Part shown: positions 49,944-59,491 of the stretch, one piece after another
Position numbering within the stretch: position 1 is the first letter of the stretch
Layout: each line of letters opens with the position of its first letter
Origin: a bacterium
GTDB taxonomy: Bacteria; Patescibacteriota; Microgenomatia; Daviesbacterales; UBA10151
Direction of reading: 5' to 3'
DNA: 64,000 nucleotides
NCBI GenBank assembly: GCA_021786105.1
Contig: JAJYNW010000010.1
Coordinates: 35,330-99,329, forward strand
The notes under the pieces: generated by a model
Database searches by the model: none
Told to the model about the DNA's origin: nothing
Seen by the model: the letters and a program-made list of their open reading frames with translations, nothing else
Program-made: the position numbers and the translations under genes

Positions 49944-50810
49944 TTAAGTGCGAAGCCACTCGATAATTATTGATTTCAGTTCATCTTCATATCTTCTGAA
50001 CCAATGATCGGCATTGTCAATTAATTTTGTGGTGACTGCTGGTAGTTGTTGGCTAAGGATTTCTAAGGCAGAAGCAGGGTTTTCCTGGTATTGGGTTTTT
50101 GCTCCATACACAGCTAGTATAGGGCAATTAATTCTTTTTAATTCATTTAAATCATCACTAAAATGGAAAAGCTGGCCTTCTGCGGACTTTGGATCCGCCA
50201 AACTTAAAAACCGTTGGGCACTCAGCTCCACCCCGAAAGGAATCCAGTCAGGCATGGCTTTTTGGGGATTTCCTGAATCAATATATTCCCGGGCTATTCC
50301 TAAAGCCTCTTTGTACCGGCTACCCAAATCCTTTTTGGTTACGGCCGGATCATCAGTCGGTTCCAAAAGAATTAAACCTTTGATATCTGTTTTTGTTTGA
50401 GATGCATAGTAAGCTGCTTTTTGGGAACCAGTGCTGTGGCCTTGCAGATAAAGGTTGTTGTAGCCTAGGCTTTGCATAAAATTAACAGCGGATTCGATGT
50501 CGATTAAGCAGTCTTCGAAGCGCTCCAAACTTCCGCCCAGTTTGGCATACTCAATATTCGAGCCATTCTTTTTCATAAATTCCTGCACAAATCCAGCTCC
50601 CCGGTTATTAAAAGTCAGAAAGGAAAAGCTTTTATCAATTAATCCCTGGGCAATATGCTCCAGGAAAATATTTTCATAAAAATTGCCGGTCCAACCATGG
50701 ATATGGATGACAGCACTTTTGGTTGGTTGTTCCGTTTCAAATAGCAAACCTTGCAGCTCTAAGTTATCTTTGGTTTGCAGTCTAACTATTTTTGCTTTTA
50801 ATTTAGCCAT
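49944..50810 (-). CDS. Alpha/beta hydrolase (DUF1749-like)
   Basis: HIHGWTGNFY, NNRG, GHSTG, ADHWF; start 50810. Confidence 0.8.
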   Translation of the reverse strand: MAKLKAKIVRLQTKDNLELQGLLFETEQPTKSAVIHIHGWTGNFYENIFLEHIAQGLIDKSFSFLTFNNRGAGFVQEFMKKNGSNIEYAKLGGSLERFEDCLIDIESAVNFMQSLGYNNLYLQGHSTGSQKAAYYASQTKTDIKGLILLEPTDDPAVTKKDLGSRYKEALGIAREYIDSGNPQKAMPDWIPFGVELSAQRFLSLADPKSAEGQLFHFSDDLNELKRINCPILAVYGAKTQYQENPASALEILSQQLPAVTTKLIDNADHWFRRYEDELKSIIIEWLRT

Positions 50811-50845
50811 TGGGTTTATTATATACATTTTGTTATTATTGGGGT

Positions 50846-51706
50846 ATGTCAGATGTGAGCTTAAATGAAACTTCGTATGTTTGGAAACAAATCGCCCAAA
50901 GTTGGGGGACTTATTTTGATTCTCCCAGCCGGCCCTCAAAAATGGAAGTGGACCAATACAAAAAATGGCTGAAAAATATTTCCGAAGGCAAAACCGGACT
51001 AAAGGGATTGGTATTAGGGGCTACGCCGGAACTGCGGGATGCACTGGTTGAAAGCAACTTTAATTCCTGCATAATTGATATTAATTGGGAAATGATTTTG
51101 GCCATGACTGAACTTTTAAAGACCAAAAATCCCAATGAGGTGATTATCAAAGCCAACTGGTTAAATAACCCTTTACAGAACGGGTATTTTGATGTGGTGT
51201 TAGGAGATGCTGTTTTGCCGAATCTGCCGTGGGAAAAAAGGGATGAGTTTTATTGTGAGATTAAAAGATTGTTGAAAACAGGCGGCTATTTTATGAATCG
51301 GGCGTTTTTTGTGCCGGAAAAGAAGCCTTTTGCTAATATTGATGAATTACTAAAAGCTTTTGCACAAAAGCCAGCTTCGAATAAAACTGCTTTAGAGTTG
51401 GTTTTTGAAATCCAAATTCTGACCCACTCAGAAACTGATCATCTGGGATCAATGGAAAAAGTAGTGGCAGTGGTGGAAAAACTACGGGGCAACAACGGAT
51501 TCAATTTTGACAGCGAAGAGCTTAATAAAACACTGGATATCGTGTGGGATTACTGGTTAAAGACTGCCCGTCAGAAGATTTGGATTTATCCCTTTGAAAG
51601 GGAGGAAGAGGCAGAGTATAAAAAGTATTTTGAAACCGAGGCCAAATTTTGCTCCACCGATCACCCTTACGGCAAAATTACCCCAATGTATCTGCTGAAA
51701 TCATAA
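50846..51706 (+). CDS. Class I SAM-dependent methyltransferase-like protein
   Basis: LVLGATPE, FDVVLGD, LLKTGG. Confidence 0.75.
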   Translation: MSDVSLNETSYVWKQIAQSWGTYFDSPSRPSKMEVDQYKKWLKNISEGKTGLKGLVLGATPELRDALVESNFNSCIIDINWEMILAMTELLKTKNPNEVIIKANWLNNPLQNGYFDVVLGDAVLPNLPWEKRDEFYCEIKRLLKTGGYFMNRAFFVPEKKPFANIDELLKAFAQKPASNKTALELVFEIQILTHSETDHLGSMEKVVAVVEKLRGNNGFNFDSEELNKTLDIVWDYWLKTARQKIWIYPFEREEEAEYKKYFETEAKFCSTDHPYGKITPMYLLKS

Positions 51707-51922
51707 CTGCAGCTCAAATACTTTATATTTTGATTTGGCTCCGGAAATAAGCTTCACATTTGATTTACTGGTTTTAAAATAATCTGCCAAAGCTTCACGG
51801 GTAGCTTTATTGGCTTTACCCTCCAAAGGCGGCTGGTTAACGTAAACATGCAAGGTTCCCAGTAAATCTTTTTCTATCCTTTCCCGTCTGGCTCCGGGAT
51901 GAACAATAACGGTAATTTTCAT
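51701..51922 (-). CDS. DUF167/YggU family protein
   Basis: VHPGA, PPLEGKAN, SGAKSKYK. Confidence 0.88.
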   Translation of the reverse strand: MKITVIVHPGARRERIEKDLLGTLHVYVNQPPLEGKANKATREALADYFKTSKSNVKLISGAKSKYKVFELQL

Positions 51923-51942
51923 GATTTGATCATACATCAATT

Positions 51943-51959
51943 TCTTACCAAAATCTTCC
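51943..51959 (+). promoter_or_regulatory. 11-bp-period direct-repeat box
   Basis: TCTTAC 51943, TCTTCC 51954. Confidence 0.45.
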
Positions 51960-52008
51960 GGGATACTGATGGGGGATTATTACAGATTTGTTAAGGTTAA
52001 GCTTCAAA

Positions 52009-52578
52009 ATGAAAAGGAGGATTATTTTGGGAATATTTACCAGGCATGGAGATGCTGATAAGGCTTTGTTACGTTTAAGAAAAGAAGGAATAGAAGTCAA
52101 AGAGATTTCAGTTATTGTCAGGCAAGACATAGTAAGCAGCTATCGTTCACCCAAAAATGAATCAGAGGGGATTCTGACAGGGAGTGTTTTAGGAGGCTTG
52201 GCCGGTCTTTTAATCGGTCTGACCCCGGTGATTTTGCCGGGGATAGGTGCAGTTTTGGTGGTTGGACCACTGACGATGTTAACGACTACCTTAATGGGAG
52301 TTTTGGCCGGCGGGTTAATCGGCACGCTGGTGGAAATAGGCGTGCCGGAGCGTTCGGCCAAAATTTTTGAAAAAAGCATCAAAAAAGGGGGAGTTTTACT
52401 GGCTGTTACAGCTAATTACAAAAATGAGAAGCAGGTGCGGCAAATTTTGGACATGCATGATGTTAAGGACTTAACTATTATCCCTTCCGCTAGAAAGGTC
52501 AGCGGGCAACTGTTGGAACAACAAATCAGTGTAGCTTACCCAAGCAGGATTGCCAAGCCTGTCAGAAGAAAGGAGTAA
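52009..52578 (+). CDS. General stress protein-like membrane protein (YflT/Gly-zipper type)
   Basis: GIF...A...L...G...EISVI, Gly-rich hydrophobic core with PGIG..GPL, GGVLLAV. Confidence 0.75.
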   Translation: MKRRIILGIFTRHGDADKALLRLRKEGIEVKEISVIVRQDIVSSYRSPKNESEGILTGSVLGGLAGLLIGLTPVILPGIGAVLVVGPLTMLTTTLMGVLAGGLIGTLVEIGVPERSAKIFEKSIKKGGVLLAVTANYKNEKQVRQILDMHDVKDLTIIPSARKVSGQLLEQQISVAYPSRIAKPVRRKE

Positions 52579-52589
52579 GGTAAATAGTA

Positions 52590-52805
52590 ATGACGCAACT
52601 GGCTGTTCCGGTGGGAAAAGATGACCATACTTTAGGAAATCCTAAAGCTACGGTGATATTGTTGGAGTATGGGGATTTTGAATGCCCTAATTGCGGAGAA
52701 GCTTTTCCGGTTGTGCAGGTTGAGGAGCGGATACACCAGAATTTTATTAGCGGTGTTGAAAGTGGGGTTAATGGCACGCCAACCTTTCTTATAAATGGAG
52801 GCTGA
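52590..52805 (+). pseudogene. DsbA-family oxidoreductase with large in-frame internal deletion
   Basis: EYGDFECPNC directly fused to GVNGTPTFLING; only 71 aa. Confidence 0.7.
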
Positions 52806-52860
52806 AAAAACTAGAATTTTAATCTTCCAGAAAGTATAATTTTCAAGCCGGAATTTTTGG

Positions 52861-53778
52861 ATGGATAATAATTATATTGTTGGTTTGAAATTAAAGCCGC
52901 AAAGACAAAAGAAAAAGGTATGGGCTTGGATACTATTGCTGATCCTTGTGGCGATTGGTATATCCGGAGTTTTTAAGCGGTCTCCGGAATTGATCAGTCC
53001 ATTAAGTAGAATAAACAATTCCCTAAGAAATATCGTAGATGAATCTTTAACAGGAGCCAGGGGTACATATGGGATTGCTATAAAAAACTTAAAAAGTGGT
53101 GAAAGTTATTATTTTAATGAGCATAGAGTTTTTGAAACCGGAAGTCTTTATAAATTATGGATTATGGCCACGGTTTTTAAACAAATTCAAGACGGTGGGT
53201 TAACCGAAGACCAAGTTTTGAGTGAGGATATCGCCGCTTTAAATGAAAAATTTAACATCGATCCTGATTCGGCAGAGCTTAAGGAAGGGACAGTAACTTT
53301 GACAGTACATGATGCGTTATTGCAGATGATTGCTATTTCCCATAACTATGCAGCTTTGCTCCTGACTGAAAAAGTTAAATTATCTTCTGTGGCTGCTTTT
53401 TTGAAAGAAAATGGCTTTAGTGAATCATCTGTTGGAACTGATGGCGACCCGCCGAAATCTACCCCTGCCGATATCGCCCTTTTTTATGAAAGGCTATACA
53501 AAGGTGAATTAGCTAATCAGCAATATACACAGGAGATGGCTGATTTATTAAAGAATCAACAATCCGATGATGGGTTACCTAAATATTTGCCGGATGAAGT
53601 ACCCGTCGCTAACAAAACCGGGGATATTGGTTGGTTTAAGCATGATGCCGGGATCATTTACACCGGTAATGGAGATTACATAATAACCATCATGTCAGAA
53701 AGTGATTATCCCCCGGGAGCCCAGGAAAGAATAGCCATGATTTCTAAAGAGGTTTATGAATACTTCACTAAAAAGTAA
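52861..53778 (+). CDS. Class A beta-lactamase-like serine hydrolase, N-terminal TM
   Basis: SLYK, SHN, KTG, HDAG motifs. Confidence 0.88.
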   Translation: MDNNYIVGLKLKPQRQKKKVWAWILLLILVAIGISGVFKRSPELISPLSRINNSLRNIVDESLTGARGTYGIAIKNLKSGESYYFNEHRVFETGSLYKLWIMATVFKQIQDGGLTEDQVLSEDIAALNEKFNIDPDSAELKEGTVTLTVHDALLQMIAISHNYAALLLTEKVKLSSVAAFLKENGFSESSVGTDGDPPKSTPADIALFYERLYKGELANQQYTQEMADLLKNQQSDDGLPKYLPDEVPVANKTGDIGWFKHDAGIIYTGNGDYIITIMSESDYPPGAQERIAMISKEVYEYFTKK

Positions 53779-53788
53779 CTAAGCAACT

Positions 53789-54505
53789 TCATATCTCTAA
53801 GATCATATATGGTTGGTGGGGTGAGATTCTGGAGAGCAGGGGGAAAGAGACATTGTAAACCGGAACACCTCGGGCAGTTTTACCCTTCGGACTGCCGTGA
53901 TGAGCATGGCCATGAAAGACTGCTGTTACGCCAAAATTTTCAATCGGTTCAATCAATCGGCTGCTTCCTAACATCGGGTAGATTTCTAAAGATTCACCCA
54001 CCACTGTTTGACGGATGGGGGAATAGTGAAGCAGGACAACCTTTTTGTCAGTCTCCAGTCTTATTAAGGATTCCTCTAACTTTATGGATTCATTGACTGC
54101 TTCATAAACAAATTGTTTAAGGACTCGTTCTCCAAAGGGGTCGGTTTGGTGATTATCAAAACCGCCGCAAAAGCCTTTGACACCGGCAAAACCGATTCCT
54201 TTATAAATATAGGGGTGATTTCCTAAAAGAAATAAATGTTCGGCCGAAAGAATTTTTTTAATTTCCTCATGTTGGTTATTTTCGTGATCGTGATTTCCCA
54301 ATACTCCGACCATCGGTATTTTGCAAAAGCTTAACTCCTCAGCCAACACTTTCGCCTCAGAAACCAAGCCTTCGTTGGTTAAGTCTCCGCAAATTAATAA
54401 GATATCAGCCTTCCCGGAGACTTCTTCAAAGACTTGTCTGAAAGCTCCTACGTTTTCTTCTTGAGTATGTAAATCAGCCATGGCGGCAATACGGACTTTG
54501 GTCAT
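53789..54505 (-). CDS. Calcineurin-like metallophosphoesterase
   Basis: DLH, GDLT, GNHD, HGHAH. Confidence 0.9.
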   Translation of the reverse strand: MTKVRIAAMADLHTQEENVGAFRQVFEEVSGKADILLICGDLTNEGLVSEAKVLAEELSFCKIPMVGVLGNHDHENNQHEEIKKILSAEHLFLLGNHPYIYKGIGFAGVKGFCGGFDNHQTDPFGERVLKQFVYEAVNESIKLEESLIRLETDKKVVLLHYSPIRQTVVGESLEIYPMLGSSRLIEPIENFGVTAVFHGHAHHGSPKGKTARGVPVYNVSFPLLSRISPHQPYMILEI

Positions 54506-55221
54506 GCTAAAACTTCAAATCCCAACTCAGTAATATCAAACTTATATTGGGTTCGGGAAAGCAGTGGCCCCCGGCAAATTTTATCCTGGGGGATTGGATT
54601 TTGGATTTGGTACTTTACGCGGGAAATGAGTTCTTCCAGGAGCCAGTTGGGGATAATATCCCTTTCTGAAGGGTAAACAAAGCGGAAGTTAAGGATCAGT
54701 GATAAAAGTATTTCCCAGTGATTTTCCATGCGGACGAGTAGTCTTTTCCAATTTAACTGCCTGCCGGTTATTAAAATAAGGTGGTTGATATCAGCGCCGT
54801 CATAATGATCGCGGTCTTGGATATACGCTTTGCACCAAATTAATTCTTCTTTTGGGATAAGTTTGACCTGGTAGCCCAGAAGCTTAATATAAACGGCATT
54901 TTCAAACCAGGAATCGTCAACAGTGATGATATAGTTTGGTGAAGAAAACAATATGTCAACATGATCCTTGGCTTCTATCACCTGCGCCAGCCACCTTTCA
55001 TCCAATATTTTGATATCTATGCCGGTTTGTTTGAGGATTGCCACAATTTTGGGAAAATCCCCGGCTTTACAAAAAACATCAAGGTCGTTAGTCGGGCGGT
55101 TAAAGCTTGTATATTCATATACTGCAAATCCTCCTCCAATCACAAAAGGAACACCGGTTTTGATAATAATACTCAAAATCCTGCCATAAAAATCCCTGGC
55201 AGCAGACTGGTTTTTCGGCAC
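54502..55221 (-). CDS. Nucleotidyltransferase family protein
   Basis: IGGGFA, RPTNDLDV, RDHYDGAD; overlaps the phosphoesterase start. Confidence 0.85.
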   Translation of the reverse strand: MPKNQSAARDFYGRILSIIIKTGVPFVIGGGFAVYEYTSFNRPTNDLDVFCKAGDFPKIVAILKQTGIDIKILDERWLAQVIEAKDHVDILFSSPNYIITVDDSWFENAVYIKLLGYQVKLIPKEELIWCKAYIQDRDHYDGADINHLILITGRQLNWKRLLVRMENHWEILLSLILNFRFVYPSERDIIPNWLLEELISRVKYQIQNPIPQDKICRGPLLSRTQYKFDITELGFEVLA

Positions 55222-55289
55222 GAGGTAACGATAAGACTGTACTGTTATAAGGTTATTAAAATTTGGTAATAATCATGAAAGTAATTTCG

Positions 55290-55346
55290 GTATCTTCCAT
55301 AGTTCTTACTCAGTTCTGACTTAGTTATGACTCTTAATTTAAATCC
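55290..55346 (+). promoter_or_regulatory. 11-bp tandem direct-repeat operator-like site
   Basis: AGTTCTTACTC AGTTCTGACTT AGTTATGACTC (55301-55333), followed by TTAATTTAAATCC; near-copy at 63457-63502. Confidence 0.7.
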
Positions 55347-55375
55347 GGCTGTTAGGATGAAAGGTATTTGAAGAT

Positions 55376-56365
55376 GTGAAATTACTTTTTATTGGCGACG
55401 TTATGTTAGGTCGATTAGTGAATGAGGTTTTAAAAAAAGAATCTCCCGAATATCCGTGGGGAGATACTTTGGATATTTTTCAGCAGGCTGATTATAGAAT
55501 CTGTAATTTAGAATGTGTTATCTCTGACAAAGGTCAGCCCTGGACCATTACTCCCAAAGCTTTCCATTTTCGGTCAGACAGCAAGAATATCGCCGTGTTA
55601 GAAAAAGCCCGGATTGATATGGTGTCTTTGGCCAATAACCATGTTTTGGATTATGAGGATGAAGCTATGATGGATATGCTGGAAATTTTGGATGACGGAG
55701 AGGTGGCCTACGCCGGAGCCGGTATGATTTTTGTTGAGGCTTCTGCCCCGACAATTTTAACAACTCAAAAAGAAAAGCTCAAAATTGGCTTGATTGCTTT
55801 TACAGACAACGAGCCGGAATGGGAAGCCTCCGGAGATGATGACCCTGGAGTTTTTTATGTACCAGTGGATTTGGCGGATAAGCGGGCGGAATACTTAATG
55901 CATCAGGTTCAGGAAGCAAAAAAAGAGGCAAATTTCTTAATTGTGTCTGCTCATTGGGGACCTAATTGGGGACACCGGCCTCAACCGGAACATATTCCTT
56001 TTGCTAAGGCCTTGATTGATGCCGGAGCAGATTTAATTTTTGGTCACTCAGCCCATGTTTTTCAGGGAATTGAGATTTATAAAGGAAAACCAATTCTATA
56101 TTCCACTGGAGATTTTGTAGATGATTATGCGGTGGATGAAATCGAGAGAAATGATCAGTCGTTTATTTTTGAGGTTGAGGTTGATGAAAAAGGCGGATTA
56201 AGAGGGATAAAACTTTACCCGACTGTTATTAGGAATATGCAGGCCAGAATTGCTCAGGAGCCGGAGCTTAAGGATATTGTTTTTAAAATGATTGAGCTTT
56301 GTGATGAGTTTAATACCAAAAGTACTTGGTTGGAAAGTGAGCATTGCTTGGAAATACGAACATGA
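55376..56365 (+). CDS. CapA/PGA_cap family metallophosphoesterase
   Basis: GDVML, NLE, ANNHVLD, HWG, GHSAH. Confidence 0.9.
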   Translation: MKLLFIGDVMLGRLVNEVLKKESPEYPWGDTLDIFQQADYRICNLECVISDKGQPWTITPKAFHFRSDSKNIAVLEKARIDMVSLANNHVLDYEDEAMMDMLEILDDGEVAYAGAGMIFVEASAPTILTTQKEKLKIGLIAFTDNEPEWEASGDDDPGVFYVPVDLADKRAEYLMHQVQEAKKEANFLIVSAHWGPNWGHRPQPEHIPFAKALIDAGADLIFGHSAHVFQGIEIYKGKPILYSTGDFVDDYAVDEIERNDQSFIFEVEVDEKGGLRGIKLYPTVIRNMQARIAQEPELKDIVFKMIELCDEFNTKSTWLESEHCLEIRT

Positions 56366-57186
56366 ATGGTATTATTGAAGCTAAATTGCTGGATCCATAT
56401 AAAAATCAGCCAATTGCCTTAAAGGTGGTTTCTGCCGGTGATTTGGAAATTACTCCGCACGCCAGAAAGCCCAGTGATTTCCACATTAAGCGCTTAATTC
56501 ACTCTATTGAGAAGCTTGGTTTCCTTGTTCCACTAATCGTAGTGGAGGATCCGCAAAAGGCGGGTAAATATCAAATTATCGACGGTCAGCATCGTTTTAT
56601 CGCTGCTACCATGATGCAGATTAATAAACTGCCGGTAATTGTAGTTCCTTCGTATTTGGCCGAAAGCTTGATGAATTTTAATACGGAAAAAGAGATGAAC
56701 ATTAGGGAAAGGTCAGCTATTGCCTTGTCAATTTACCGGCATTACTTATCTACTAAACCGGGGATGTTGGAAGCGGCGGCGGAAATTATTAATGCTTTAG
56801 AACATGCGTATTTAGTGACATTAGGATTAGGGTATGAAAGGACTGAAGATTTATCCGGATCAGCTTTTGAGAGTGTACTGTCCAAATGTGATTTCTTTTT
56901 AAGCACTCCCCTCAAAATTGCTCATAAAATCAGGGAAGATAGAGCCCAGTCGGTTTTGACTGCGAATACCCTGATCAAAAATATTTCTGAGCGGCTGCGG
57001 GAACTAGGACAGTGGCATCCTTATGTGTACCAGCAGATTGTAACCTGGGCGAACCCTTTTAAAAGGAAAAGGATGACAGTTGAGTTTGATGAACTCTTTC
57101 CGCCCCTTTTAGAAAACCTGGAGAAATTAAGTAAAGACCCCAAGCCTTTCATTGAAGAGGTTTTAAAAGAAGAAGAGGAGGGTTAA
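56362..57186 (+). CDS. ParB/Srx N-terminal domain protein
   Basis: GFLVPLIV, IIDGQHR. Confidence 0.8.
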   Translation: MNGIIEAKLLDPYKNQPIALKVVSAGDLEITPHARKPSDFHIKRLIHSIEKLGFLVPLIVVEDPQKAGKYQIIDGQHRFIAATMMQINKLPVIVVPSYLAESLMNFNTEKEMNIRERSAIALSIYRHYLSTKPGMLEAAAEIINALEHAYLVTLGLGYERTEDLSGSAFESVLSKCDFFLSTPLKIAHKIREDRAQSVLTANTLIKNISERLRELGQWHPYVYQQIVTWANPFKRKRMTVEFDELFPPLLENLEKLSKDPKPFIEEVLKEEEEG

Positions 57187-57187
57187 T

Positions 57188-58225
57188 CTGAAAATAGCCC
57201 AAATCGCTACCATCATTGAACGGGTGCCGCCGAAAAAATATGGCGGTTCGGAACGGATTGTTTATACTTTAACAGAGGAGCTAATAAAAAGAGGGCACGA
57301 AGTAACTCTTTTTGCCAGCGGCGACTCGCAAACTTCAGCCAAGCTTGTTTCGGTGTACCCAAGATCACTGCGGGAAGCAAAGATAAAGGATATGTATGAT
57401 TTGAACGACTTGACACTGCTTCATCTCGGTACACCATATACCATGGAAGATCAGTTTGACATTGTCCATGACCATATTGGTGTATTTAGTTTGCCGGTGG
57501 CTCAAAAATCCAAAACTCCGGTTTTGATGACTTTGCATGGTCCGTTTACCGCGACTAACAGGCGTCTATACAGTACGTTTCGAAACCCTTATCTGGCGGC
57601 AATTTCCCGCTCCCAGGTTAAATTTGCTCCACCGGTCGCCACTGTGGCCGGTGTTGTTTATAACGGGCTGGCCATGGATGGGTATCCGTATTCTTCGGAA
57701 AACGACGGGTATTTACTTTTTGTTGGGAGGATTTCAATGGAGAAAGGAACCCATCATGCGATAGAAGTGGCGCAAAATCTTGATCTGCCGCTGATTATTG
57801 CTGCAAAGCTGGATCTAACTGACGTAGCTTATTTTAATGAGTATGTCGGGCCGCAGCTTTCCGATGATCGGATCCGCTGGATCGGTGAAGTAGACGAGGT
57901 AGAAAGGAATAAACTGATGAGCCGGGCGCTTTGCTTGCTACACCCCATTACCTGGAGGGAGCCGTTTGGATTAACGATGATTGAGGCAATGGCTTGCGGT
58001 TGTCCGGTTATTGCCTTCAATAAAGGGTCAATTCTGGAAATCGTTGTTGATGGTAAAACCGGATTTATTGTTGAGGATTTGGAAGGGATGATTGAAGCGG
58101 TAAGTAAGGTAGGATCCATTGACCGGTCATTCTGTCGAAGGTATGCGTTGGACAATTTTAATGCCGGTAGAATGACTGACGGATATGAAGATATCTACCG
58201 TCGGATATTAGAAAACAAAAAATGA
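57188..58225 (+). CDS. GT4 glycosyltransferase (probable CTG start)
   Basis: KIAQIA..ERVPPKKYGGSE, GRISMEKG, EPFGLTMIEAMACG. Confidence 0.88.
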   Translation: MKIAQIATIIERVPPKKYGGSERIVYTLTEELIKRGHEVTLFASGDSQTSAKLVSVYPRSLREAKIKDMYDLNDLTLLHLGTPYTMEDQFDIVHDHIGVFSLPVAQKSKTPVLMTLHGPFTATNRRLYSTFRNPYLAAISRSQVKFAPPVATVAGVVYNGLAMDGYPYSSENDGYLLFVGRISMEKGTHHAIEVAQNLDLPLIIAAKLDLTDVAYFNEYVGPQLSDDRIRWIGEVDEVERNKLMSRALCLLHPITWREPFGLTMIEAMACGCPVIAFNKGSILEIVVDGKTGFIVEDLEGMIEAVSKVGSIDRSFCRRYALDNFNAGRMTDGYEDIYRRILENKK

Positions 58226-59481
58226 ATTTCCAAGGATTACAAAAAGTTGATTATCAACCAAAATCGTTTTTGGAATACACAAAACTGATGCCTGAGGTTG
58301 TTAAAGAAATTCAAAGTGTAGCCAAGGATTTGAAGGGGTTAAGGGTAGTTCATCTTAATGCTACGGCAGTGGGCGGAGGAGTGGCGGAAATACTTCGTTC
58401 AGAGGTACCTTTGCAAACAGATACAGGGTTGGATGAAAGTTGGTATGTAATTCCTCCGAACATGGAATTTTTTGAAGTGACCAAAAAGATCCATAACTTA
58501 ATGCAGGGGAAGCCGGGCAGATTAAAAACACAGGAGAAAAAGATCTATATCCAATACAACAAATTTATTGCCCAGGCTCTGAGCGAGCTGCAGCCACAGC
58601 CTCAGATTCTGATCATTCATGACCCGCAGCCGGCTGCCTTGATTAGCTTTTTAAGTGAGGAAAGACCAGATTTTGTGATTTGGCGCTGCCACATTGATAC
58701 TTCTTCTCCTAATCCGGCTATGTGGCAATTCCTGCTACCTTATCTTAAATGTTTTGACCATTTTATTTTTACCCTGCCGGAATATACACATAAAGATTTT
58801 CCGCCCCCAAACCAAAGCAGTTTTTTTACTCCGGTGATTGACCCTTTTTCTGCTAAAAATATATTAATGGATAAAGGCCAAGCCAAAGAATATACTAAAA
58901 AATTTGGCATAGATATTGTTAAACCACTGGTTACCCAAGTCTCGCGTCTTGATCCCTGGAAAGATCCCTTGGGAGTAATTGATGCCTATCGGTTGGCAAA
59001 AAAGGAAATTCCTACTCTGCAACTGGCACTGGTAGCCCAATCAGCCACCGATGACCCGGAAGGGGAAGTTTTGTATACCAAAGTGAGAGATTATATTGGA
59101 GGTGAAAAAGGAATTTTTTTGCTGGTAAACCTAAGAAATAACGATAAAGCAGTCAATGCCTTCCAAACCGCCTCAAGTATTATCTTGCAGAAATCGATCC
59201 GGGAAGGGTTTGGTCTGACGGTTACTGAAGCGATGTGGAAAGGTGCGGTTGTCATAGGCGGGAATGTGGGCGGCATAAAACTGCAGATTAAAGATGGTGT
59301 TAACGGTTTTGTGGTCAACTCGCCTATCGAGGCCGCCCGGAAAATTATATATGTGCTTAATAATCCGCAGGTACAGGAAAAGATCTCCCAAAACGCCCAT
59401 GAATCCGTCAAAAATAAATTTTTAATGCCACACGCAATTATCAACTATCTCAACTTATTTAAAACATTATTAAACAGATGA
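58222..59481 (+). CDS. treT: Trehalose synthase TreT-like GT4
   Basis: NATAVGGGVAEIL, HDPQP, WRCHID, SRLDPWKD, EGFGLTVTEAMWK. Confidence 0.85.
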   Translation: MNFQGLQKVDYQPKSFLEYTKLMPEVVKEIQSVAKDLKGLRVVHLNATAVGGGVAEILRSEVPLQTDTGLDESWYVIPPNMEFFEVTKKIHNLMQGKPGRLKTQEKKIYIQYNKFIAQALSELQPQPQILIIHDPQPAALISFLSEERPDFVIWRCHIDTSSPNPAMWQFLLPYLKCFDHFIFTLPEYTHKDFPPPNQSSFFTPVIDPFSAKNILMDKGQAKEYTKKFGIDIVKPLVTQVSRLDPWKDPLGVIDAYRLAKKEIPTLQLALVAQSATDDPEGEVLYTKVRDYIGGEKGIFLLVNLRNNDKAVNAFQTASSIILQKSIREGFGLTVTEAMWKGAVVIGGNVGGIKLQIKDGVNGFVVNSPIEAARKIIYVLNNPQVQEKISQNAHESVKNKFLMPHAIINYLNLFKTLLNR

Positions 59482-59491
59482 AGCTGGATTT

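Noticed and set aside
52861-53778. Antibiotic-resistance beta-lactamase
   Set aside because: Membrane-anchored family member; motifs alone do not show beta-lactam hydrolysis.
55301-55333. Possible CRISPR array
   Set aside because: Units are 11 bp with no spacers, and no cas genes are present; no CRISPR array seen in the window.
55376-56365. Poly-gamma-glutamate capsule locus
   Set aside because: No capB/capC homologs in the window.
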